Assembly: GCA_040285825.1 (NCBI GenBank) | Contig: JAUPSS010000003.1 | Span: 744,001 to 808,000, forward strand | Direction of reading: 5' to 3' | Source of the DNA: Eukaryota sp. TZLM1-RC | Taxonomy: Eukaryota; Protista; Metamonada: BaSk clade | Length of the DNA: 64,000 bases | In this document: in pieces, positions 55,490 to 64,000 of the stretch | Position numbering within the stretch: the first letter of the stretch is position 1 | How the letters are laid out: each line of letters begins with the position of its first letter | The notes under the pieces: generated by a model | What the model was told of the DNA's origin: nothing | The model's input: the letters and a program-made list of their open reading frames with translations, nothing else | The model's database searches: none | Translations under genes and position numbers: made by a program

Positions 55490-55650
55490 TGAAATATTAG
55501 GTCAATATTCAGGTCATTTTAAGGAACAAAGTTTCTTCTTCAAAGTTCAAGAATCAATGATGAGAGGGCCATGAACTTGCGGAATGGTTGTTACTAATGC
55601 AGAAGACATACTTAATCTGTATTCAATGTTGCTAGTTTTAGATCTACAAT
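55490..55650 (-). mobile_element. Old RLE non-LTR fragment
   Basis: SSALVTTIPQVHGPLIIDS matches AALVTTNPQVYGTL of the 16770-18380 copy. Confidence 0.5.
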
Positions 55651-56189
55651 TTCACTATATTTTCTTGTCAATTTCGCGTTAACGTTAACTGAATCCGATT
55701 GTTTGATCAATTTTCATTACCGACTCTTGAATAATCCACAGGCAACCTTCATTAATTGTTCATATCAAATGGTTTCATTATTTCACATTTTATACTATTA
55801 TATTTCATTTCGGACTATAGTAATGATGTCAGGTTTGAATTTCCACAATAGCATATTGAAGTAACAAATTGTATCAAATCTGCACAAATTGTGAATTGAA
55901 AGAGTTAATTCATACCCAGCATCAAGTGATCCTTAAACAAATTCAAATAAAAAATACTAAATACTAAAAAATTACAAAATACCTGATTTATTTTACCAAC
56001 TATTTGCAATAACCCAAATGACAAGCTTATTGATTATTGAAAACTCTTGCCATTGATCAAAATATGACTCACTGAACGAAAAATAAAAAAGTGCTTGTCT
56101 AAATCTCTGTTTGAGAGCAACATATAGTTTAAATTATGTTTTCAAAAGTACAATTATCATACAAATGCTCAAGAATCCAATGTAACAAA

Positions 56190-57869
56190 TCACTCTTGTG
56201 CAGTCTTGCTGGAAACAAAGGAGAATAGCTGATCAAAATAAGATTCCAATTGAATACTTTTCTCCTTTAACTTCTTCATCCTTTTCAAAACACCAGCTTT
56301 ATCGAAACTAATCATTTGTTTTTCTATAAATTTCCCAATTAAATTAAGATCCTTTTTGACACTTTGGTACAGTGATTCAGCCTCCTGTAACCTCAGTGTA
56401 ATGTTTCCAGAATAGCATACTTCACCAGTTTTGATCTTATTTAGAGTTAGCAGTCTGATATCAAGTGAGGTAAGTTCTCTTTGAATTTTGTCTACCTTTT
56501 GATTGATTGATTTCAATTGTCTAGACCTTTGAGGTAATACATTTTCAACATCAACCAAATTAACTTGCTTTAACAAATCAGCATTAAATTCTCCAATTGA
56601 ATCTTTTAGTTGTTTCTTCAAATCAAACATAAACTTTCCTAATTTAGATTCCAAACCTTCTTGAACATGAATGGCCAATGGAGATAGAGGTGGTTTGGTA
56701 GGTTTAATTGGTTGTGAAGAAGAGCTGCCAAGATGAAAAGTGTCAAATTTTGGACCTTCCTTTACCGTGATCTCTTCTTCACTCCTTCTTTCTTCTATTT
56801 CAATCCCAGCCCCTCGTTCCAAATCTCCATCTTGATGTAGAGAGTAAACTGTCAGTACCCCACAACTAGACAACAACAAAACCAAAAAACAATCTTTCCC
56901 CTTCCACTGATACTCTCCGCAGACCAAACCTCTTGCTTCCACAACATCACTAGTGACGACCTCACACAGAGGGAGAGTTGCCTCGTGTTCCTCATCAACC
57001 TCAGCAATGGCAGGAGACGAAGAAAGATTGGTTATAACACCAAGGGGAAAGTCCTTGAGAGGAGAAAATACTACAAGGGATAGAGAGGAAATACAAGAGA
57101 GGAAGGGTGACGTGATGAAGGGGTCAGAAATAGTGGTTTTTGAAAGCTCCGAAGTGTCAGCTGAAAGGGTCAAAATAGAAACGTCATCAGAACTTGACTT
57201 TGCGAGAATATTTGATTGATTAGGAGTGTTTCCTTTACACCATGTCAATGATTCTACACCATTCACGTCAATGTTAAAGATAGAAATAACATCAAAAGTT
57301 TTCCCCATTTGACTAGGAATATCAATTATAATAATCTCCTGTTCCCGTGAAGCAGCAAGTAGGGGAGAGTCGGGAGAGAGAGTGAGGGAAGTGCATTGGG
57401 AAGAACGGGGAATGGGAGGAAGTGTAGTAAGTGATGAGGTGGAGAATGATATAGGGATGATTGAATCAGCAGAAGATGACTTATCAATGGTGAAAAGAGT
57501 GGATCCGTACCAAACAAGGGACGAAGCAGAGAAAGGAAGGGTGGTTGATGTGACCAGAGTAAGGGGTGCAGAGAGAGAAACGATCGATAGGGTGGAATCT
57601 TCGGACAAAGCAGCAAGGAGCGTGGCATCTCGTGAAAGAGTTATGAAATGGACGGGAGAGGTAAGAGACAAGGTGGGTATATCGGGTGGATTGGTAAAGA
57701 AATGTGATGAGAGTTTGAAGTGGTAGATGGTAGTGTCTACGGCGGCTACAATGAGATCGTCGCTAAAGGAAGCTGCTAAAAGATTGCAAGGGAGAGAAGG
57801 GATGGATCGTGGATGATGTAGATCAACTTTAGCAACAGGTTTGAAGGCATAAAGCTCTGGATTCTGCAT
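56190..57869 (-). CDS. Nup214/Nup159-like protein (beta-propeller plus coiled coil)
   Basis: AFKPVAKVDL...NLLAAS...LIVAA start and LLLSSCGVL end resemble the Nup214 propeller; C-terminal coiled coil. Confidence 0.55.
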   Translation of the reverse strand: MQNPELYAFKPVAKVDLHHPRSIPSLPCNLLAASFSDDLIVAAVDTTIYHFKLSSHFFTNPPDIPTLSLTSPVHFITLSRDATLLAALSEDSTLSIVSLSAPLTLVTSTTLPFSASSLVWYGSTLFTIDKSSSADSIIPISFSTSSLTTLPPIPRSSQCTSLTLSPDSPLLAASREQEIIIIDIPSQMGKTFDVISIFNIDVNGVESLTWCKGNTPNQSNILAKSSSDDVSILTLSADTSELSKTTISDPFITSPFLSCISSLSLVVFSPLKDFPLGVITNLSSSPAIAEVDEEHEATLPLCEVVTSDVVEARGLVCGEYQWKGKDCFLVLLLSSCGVLTVYSLHQDGDLERGAGIEIEERRSEEEITVKEGPKFDTFHLGSSSSQPIKPTKPPLSPLAIHVQEGLESKLGKFMFDLKKQLKDSIGEFNADLLKQVNLVDVENVLPQRSRQLKSINQKVDKIQRELTSLDIRLLTLNKIKTGEVCYSGNITLRLQEAESLYQSVKKDLNLIGKFIEKQMISFDKAGVLKRMKKLKEKSIQLESYFDQLFSFVSSKTAQE

Positions 57870-58028
57870 CAGTGATTATGTTGGGTATAGAACAATATAT
57901 CTATATTGTTTCTAAATACCATTTTTGGAAGAAAAACCGGTATGAGTCTCAAGGCATATCCTTTTCAGTAAAAGATGTACATGTGCCTTATTATTAATGA
58001 ACAACAACTTCTATTTATCTATACAAGA

Positions 58029-58318
58029 CTAGTCAAATTCAACAGTTTTGACAGTGATTCCATCTATTGCATTAAGATCGTTAACACAATTCTGGTTCAT
58101 AGCCTTATCACGGCTTTCCATGGTAAAGATGATAAGTCCTTCGTTTTCACACTCTGGTTGCTATGGTGAGATCAGCGGCATGTCCATACTGTTTTGTGAA
58201 GTCCCAATCGTGCCGAGATAAGACAACCGTAATCAGTCAGAACTTTCTGCATTCTGGGAACATTGTCTGTTCTATTCTCTACCTTCATACAAGCAATTTG
58301 AGTGTAACTATGTGACAT
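58029..58318 (-). CDS. 86-aa bacterial-type ACT-like protein related to the TM1266/'iron-only hydrogenase system regulator' family, 2 exons
   Basis: A 29-nt intron at 58161-58189 joins KVENRTDNVPRMQKVLTDYGCLISARLGLHKT to QPECENEGLIIF...DLNAIDGITVKTVEFD. Confidence 0.72.
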
Positions 58319-58376
58319 TTCGACGGAGAAGCAATATGTAAAAACAAGGGAAATCTTCGACAATTTGTCTTCGACA

Positions 58377-60226
58377 ATGTCCACTCTGACAGCAGTCTAT
58401 CATCGACCCAAGTCTGAGTTCTGTTATGCTGTTTCATCCACATCGATTGTTCTTAGGGTCCGATCTGCAAAGGACGAGGTTCATTCAATTATTTGTCGCT
58501 ATGGAGACAAATATCTAAGAAAAAACAATACTCCGTGCTTTGAAACTGTTGATCTTTCGTTTGACGCTAATGATTCACTATTCGATTATTTCAGCTGCAT
58601 TGTCAGTCCGTCCTACAAGAGACTGGCATATGACTTTATAATATTCTTTAAAAATGGCTTAATCTATCTCTACTGCGAATCTGATTTTGAAAAACTTGAA
58701 CAGTCAACCATCAATGTCACTCAAAATGATATCGATAAGATGTTTCAATACCCCTATCTACATGCTGTTGATGTCTTCACTCCTCCTTGCTACACAAGAG
58801 ATCTAATCTTTTATCAAATCTTTATTGACCGCTTCTGCAAAGGACAGTCAGCAATTCCAGCACCGCCAACTCTAAAGCCGTGGGGCTCTATGCCAGAAGG
58901 CGAAACTGATCTTTACGGAGGGAACCTTGCAGGAATCTGTTCAAAAATAAATTATCTACACGATCTAGGCATTACAGCCTTATATCTCACCCCAATCTTT
59001 GAAAGTCGATCTAATCATAAGTATAACACAATCAACTATCGTGTCATTGACCCTGTCTTCGGAACTGAGCAAGAGATGAAAAACCTAGTCAGCTTGGCAC
59101 ATTCAAAGCGCATGAAAGTTGTAATTGATCTAGTGTTTAATCACTGTGGGGATCTATTCGATCGTTTTGTCCAAGTTTCAAAGGCACTCAATGAAGGTAA
59201 AGCAAAGGGAATACAAACTCCCGGCAAAGTTCCCTATATGGACTGGTTTCATATCACAGTAAGGACAGATGGCTCATGGGATTATGAGAAGTGGTCATTT
59301 GTCTCCACTCTTCCTAAACTAAACACCTCAAATCCAGAGGTTAAAGAACATTTGTTTGATGCAACGAGGTATTATTTAGAAGTACTTGGAGTTGATGGAT
59401 TCCGATTAGACGTTGCAAATGAAGTTGATCATTGCTTTTGGCGAGAATTCAAAGCATTTGTGAGAAAGCTAAACCCATCTGCTTATATTCTGGGAGAAAT
59501 ATGGCACCAGGCTTCTCCGTGGCTTGATGGGTCGCAGTTCGATGCTGTGATGGCTTATGAAGTCAGAAGGGCAGTGATTGATTACATCCTATCACCTGAA
59601 TCCAAAATGGATGCTCAGACATTCAAAAATCAATTGGTCAAATGGAGATACAGCTATCCCCTCATTGTTTCAGACATAGCCTTTACACTTCTAGGAAGTC
59701 ATGATACGCAACGTGTACTTACCATGGCTCAAGGTCAAGATGGAAAAGAGTATGCGCAAAGACGAGCAGAGGCAGCGATGGTATTTCTATTTTGCTTTGT
59801 GGGAACTCCATGTCTATGTATTGTTTAATTCTCTTTTTACTAACTTCAGACTACGGGGATGAACTTGCCTTAGAAGGAGGAAATGACCCTGATTGTAGGA
59901 GATGTATTGAATGGGAGTTGTTGGATTCCAATACATCACTTCCATTCGTTAAGGATTTGATTCGGCTACGTCATAATAACACTGCTCTCAAAATTGGAGA
60001 ACTGAGTTTTCTGAGAAGTGAAACTGGTGAACGAGTGGTGGTGTTTACCCGACATCACGGAAATTCTTCATGTGTAGTGATGATCAATTCTAGTAAGGAG
60101 TTTGTTTCTGTGAGTCGAGATTTAGTAGATGGAAAACGCCATAAGTGTCTTCATGATAGAGATTTTGTTTCATACTTAGAAGACGATATCAATTTGGAAC
60201 CCTTTGGACATGCTATTTTTTGTTAG
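58377..60226 (+). CDS. GH13 neopullulanase/maltogenic amylase-type glycosidase with N-terminal CBM34-like domain, 2 exons
   Basis: YQIFIDRF, SNHKY, DLVFNH, GFRLDVANEV, GEIW, LGSHD. A 32-nt intron at 59818-59849 (TACTAAC branch point) gives PCLYYGDE. Confidence 0.9.
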
Positions 60227-60334
60227 CTAGACAAGATTGTTTTAATTTGTGTTCGATACAGATTTGTCTGATTCAATAGTTATAGCCTCTTGCTAAATAA
60301 AATTACATGCTTTGAAAGGATAGGTTCATGGGTA

Positions 60335-60433
60335 AATGTATTTATTGTATTTGCACACTTAATTAAATTAACTCATAACTAATGGGACGACTATCATTGA
60401 ACCAAGAATTCCACTACAAAATCTCTACAAAAT
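60335..60433. mobile_element. 99-bp internal non-LTR fragment inserted with a 12-bp target duplication
   Basis: Flanked by GGTTCATGGGTA (60323-60334 and 60434-60445), matches about 1540-1625, and is absent from the duplicate at about 16210. Confidence 0.75.
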
Positions 60434-60572
60434 GGTTCATGGGTACTAAACATATCATTTATTTTCAAAGTTGATCTTGATTTCATGGAGAGTCAATAGT
60501 TTTGAGAAAACTCTTAATACAAATGAATTTTAAATTCATAAACTTACATATTGATTCATTCAACTACTACCA

Positions 60573-61280
60573 ATGACCTCTTTTGAACAGGTGGAGGCAT
60601 GTGCACAAAATCTCATCAAATCTGGTTCTCTAACCAGTGATTCTACGCTCCGACAAGCCAAGTCTCTTATTCTCAAAGACTTAGATCTGGATTCAAAGGA
60701 TCTCAATAGTGAAGATCTTCAGATAATTAAGAATGCGATTCTACATGCACTAGAACAACTCTCACATCAATCTGAAAATGTCGATTCATCTGATGATAGT
60801 TCTTTAGAGGATCAACCTAAATCCAAAACAGTCCCAAAATATGAGAAATCAGTAAAATCCAAACAGTATTCGAGTTCAGACTCTGAACAGGAATCTGATG
60901 GAATGTCTGAACCAACAACAATGATCAAACCTAAAAAACGAAGAACAGGTCCTCCAAGTGCTGAAGAACAGGTTAAAAAGCATAAAGAAGCACTCAATGA
61001 ACTAAATAGACCTGTCCCTAGAAGGTCCAAAGGTGAGACAATGGGTAGTTATGCTAGAAGATTAAGTAGGGTGGTAAAGGAGCTTCAGGATGAACATGAA
61101 ACAATGAATTCTAAGTTTATTATTACATCCACCCGGACAAGAAAGACTAGGTCCACATATCAAGCTGTTCCTGATTCATCAGAGGAAGAGCAGCCTTCTG
61201 AAGAGGAAGAAGTATCTGAGTTTGATTTAAGTGATGATGATAGTGAAAGCGAACCACCTGTCAAAAAAGGAAGGAGATAA
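60573..61280 (+). CDS. Acidic/basic low-complexity nuclear protein, possible DEK-C-like N-terminus
   Basis: Intact 235-aa ORF with D/E tracts and KKRR/KKGRR NLS-like motifs. Confidence 0.55.
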   Translation: MTSFEQVEACAQNLIKSGSLTSDSTLRQAKSLILKDLDLDSKDLNSEDLQIIKNAILHALEQLSHQSENVDSSDDSSLEDQPKSKTVPKYEKSVKSKQYSSSDSEQESDGMSEPTTMIKPKKRRTGPPSAEEQVKKHKEALNELNRPVPRRSKGETMGSYARRLSRVVKELQDEHETMNSKFIITSTRTRKTRSTYQAVPDSSEEEQPSEEEEVSEFDLSDDDSESEPPVKKGRR

Positions 61281-61763
61281 GAGTTTCTGACTGTTTGGAA
61301 AGGAGATTGACTGATTTTCGAGAAAATATATTTTATATTTAATATATTTTAATAATATAATTATGTTATTTTTTGATATTTATTTAGCTATTCGCTTCAT
61401 TTACTTGCTTGCAATACAATTAATTAAGAAAACTGTTTCTGTGAGGAATTTTTCTATTTAAGATTTTGTCTAAAACCTATTATTATTTTGGTAATAGATA
61501 TGGAAAAATAAGAGAAAGAAATAATAAACTTGTTGTTGATCAATGCATGCATAGAATTGAACCTTACATATCTATCCTTACATTAAATAATCAAAGGAGC
61601 CTCAATGATATTCTATGGCCAACAAACTGAGCTTCTTAGTTTGGGAATGGAAACCATTAATAAAGGTCGAATCAAAAAACTGTAAAGAATACGGTAATAG
61701 AACTCAGAAATTCAAAAAAAATCAAAATAACAGTTCAATCAAAAATGATTGGAGGGGTTCAAA

Positions 61764-62438
61764 TCAGGGCTTCTCTTTCTTCAATGGTGGCTCCTCCAGA
61801 TCTCCTCCTTTCTTTTCACGCTTTCCTGTGTCTAAATAATCATCAAGAGAAAACTCAATCTCAATCTCATCCCCATCTTCCTCCTCAGTCCCTGCTACAT
61901 CAGGAAGAGAAGGCCGTGGGGCCGTGGATGCCACCCCATTCGCTGTAACATGATCTAGAACTCGATCAGCAAAACTTCTGGAAACTTCCTGCTCCTTCAA
62001 CAACTGGGCCCTCATGTCTCTTTCTTCAGCTACCTTATCCACATACTGAATCCACCACCCCCTAACTGGATGTGGTTCAATGACAGCTTTACCTGTCTTG
62101 GCAAGGTACTGAACAAAACCTGAAACAGAGGTCCATCTGGTTGCATTGAGATGGACATGGTGTTTATCACGAATTAAAAGGTTGTACACATGGTTTGCAT
62201 CAACTTTTGACGTGCCAAAATGGCCCTTTAGAGTATCAAGAAAAGATTGTTCAAATTGAGTAGAGAATTCGCTCAATTGTTTATCTTGATTCTGAGAGAA
62301 GAGTTCCATTTTGCGGAGGTGAGAATCTGACTGACAATGGTTTTGGAAGGCATTGGCATCTTTAAGCTGTTTTTGACAGACCTGACAATAGAATTTGAGC
62401 TTCTGTAGTCCACGTAGCTGTCTTTGTTTTGGAGGCAT
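61764..62438 (-). CDS. KIN17: KIN17/Rts2 zinc-finger protein (short form without KOW domains)
   Basis: GLQKLKFYCQVCQKQLKDANAFQNHCQSDSH and HVHLNATRW. Confidence 0.92.
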   Translation of the reverse strand: MPPKQRQLRGLQKLKFYCQVCQKQLKDANAFQNHCQSDSHLRKMELFSQNQDKQLSEFSTQFEQSFLDTLKGHFGTSKVDANHVYNLLIRDKHHVHLNATRWTSVSGFVQYLAKTGKAVIEPHPVRGWWIQYVDKVAEERDMRAQLLKEQEVSRSFADRVLDHVTANGVASTAPRPSLPDVAGTEEEDGDEIEIEFSLDDYLDTGKREKKGGDLEEPPLKKEKP

Positions 62439-62528
62439 GAGTTAAGAGTACGTATGTGAAAGAAGGTTACCTAAGTGCAGAGATTGAACAAAAGAAATTC
62501 ATTTTCAATAACAATAATCAATAAGACA

Positions 62529-64000
62529 ATGGAAGAAGACTTTGACTATAGCTTTGAAGATGAAGGGTTTGAAGATATGCAGCCACTTTCAGAACCTATT
62601 CTTCCTCGCCAAGTGATTCAAAGCCAATACATAGTGGAATCTCCCGATGTACAATTCTCCTCAGACCACCTTACTTCTAGACTCCACTCACTATCTGATT
62701 GTCGGGTTGTCTCTTTCGTTGGGCCTCTTCATTCAGGCAAAAGTACTTTAATAGACCATTTTGCCTGCTCTTCTTTCCACAGACCCTCTTCTTACAAAGG
62801 CCCTCCTCTGAAAATCGGGGAGAAATGGACTGATGCTAGAAAAGATGAACATGAACGCCTTATATCAATCAAATCCCAATCAATCACGATACCAACTTCC
62901 TCTTGTGTTCTTTCTCTTCTGGACACCCCTGGCCACCCACAGTTCATGGACGAAGTACAAAATAGTACCGCATTGAGTGATGGTGTGGTTCTGGTGATTG
63001 ATGCTGCAGAGGGTGTTACCCACCAAGTTAAACGGATTCTTGTTGATTGTTGTTCAAAGTCAATTCCAATGGTATTGGCTTTAAATAAAATTGATAGAAT
63101 TATGTTGGAATTAAGAATGCCCCCTAATGATTGTTATTTGAAGTTAGCTTATATCATTCATCAGGTCAATAAACTTATTTTTGAGCTATCAGATGACGGG
63201 ACGGAGAATTATTTTGACCCAAGAAAGAACAATGTTGTTTTCAGTTCTGGATATTATGAATTTTGTTTTACTTTGGCTGATTTTGACCACGTGATACGGT
63301 CAAAATCTAAAGAGAATGTGCAAGACTTATCACATCATCTTTGGGGAGACGTTTATTATGATGTTGGGTCCAATCTAATTACTCCGAACTCAGTCAACAA
63401 TCAACGAACATTTGTTTTGTTTTGCTTGGAACCTCTCTATAAGTTGGTTATTAATACCCTGTCAATTTCAGATGCTAAAGTATTAAGAAATTTTTTGAAA
63501 AAAGAATTGGGAATTAAATTATCAGCTGAAGAATCAAAGCTTGATTTTTCAGCATTAATGAAAGTTACTATAAATAAACTTTTCAAAAGGAATTTTGTTG
63601 ACGTTTTTGCTGATGTGATAAGGTCAAAAATACCGTCCTTTTTGACCTTTCAATCGAAACTGATTCAACAGTTTCCATTTTTGGACTGTCGTAATAGTGT
63701 CTTTTTCACCAAAATTTTCCCCAATCCTGATGGAGTTTCGTTTTCCCTGCTTTCTCGCGTGATCAAGGGGTCAATAATGCCAAATTTGACCTTGAATTTC
63801 CAAGAACAATCAAATATTCTTCACAGTTCTGACCTTCAATCAACACGGGTTAAATCAATCGCAATCAATCAATCAAGATTTTCATTACCAATCTCCACCG
63901 CCCCATTAGGAAGTTTAGTTAGTATTTCTTTACAATCAAATGTTTTGAACAAGAACTTGGGGTTTGGTTTTGATGAAGGACAAGGGGGTCCTATTCCACT
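62529..64000 (+). CDS. SNU114: U5 snRNP GTPase Snu114/EFTUD2 (5' part; runs off the window)
   Basis: VGPLHSGKSTL, DARKDEHERLISIKS, LDTPGHPQF, NKIDRIMLELRMPPNDCYLKL, LWGDVYY, RTFV.F.LEPLYK. Absent from the ORF track because it has no stop in the window. Confidence 0.88.
   Translation, partial: MEEDFDYSFEDEGFEDMQPLSEPILPRQVIQSQYIVESPDVQFSSDHLTSRLHSLSDCRVVSFVGPLHSGKSTLIDHFACSSFHRPSSYKGPPLKIGEKWTDARKDEHERLISIKSQSITIPTSSCVLSLLDTPGHPQFMDEVQNSTALSDGVVLVIDAAEGVTHQVKRILVDCCSKSIPMVLALNKIDRIMLELRMPPNDCYLKLAYIIHQVNKLIFELSDDGTENYFDPRKNNVVFSSGYYEFCFTLADFDHVIRSKSKENVQDLSHHLWGDVYYDVGSNLITPNSVNNQRTFVLFCLEPLYKLVINTLSISDAKVLRNFLKKELGIKLSAEESKLDFSALMKVTINKLFKRNFVDVFADVIRSKIPSFLTFQSKLIQQFPFLDCRNSVFFTKIFPNPDGVSFSLLSRVIKGSIMPNLTLNFQEQSNILHSSDLQSTRVKSIAINQSRFSLPISTAPLGSLVSISLQSNVLNKNLGFGFDEGQGGPIP

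Overview
AT-rich, gene-dense eukaryotic DNA with 27-32 nt GT-AG introns and bacterial-type genes typical of anaerobes, consistent with an anaerobic protist. Blocks of housekeeping genes (nadE-type NAD synthetase, SRP19, BLOC1S1, CHMP1, NDK, DBP2, TRIM-like, SKI2, importin-alpha-like, RRP40, VPS55, SERRATE, Nup214-like, GH13 amylase, KIN17, SNU114) alternate with nested transposon islands. The islands contain three Ty3/Gypsy families with very short LTRs (81-141 bp), several truncated RLE-type non-LTR retrotransposons, and four decayed Fanzor1 (TnpB-derived RNA-guided nuclease) loci. Main observation: each Fanzor locus, representing about three divergent subfamilies, is directly preceded on the same strand by a family-B DNA polymerase 3'-5' exonuclease domain, with no polymerase domain and no recognisable transposase. 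At the best-preserved locus the exonuclease and Fanzor are in frame, separated by one TGA and 8 sense codons. This suggests a PolB-exonuclease-Fanzor fusion element. All copies here are degenerate, and all family assignments come from motif recognition by eye, not database searches.
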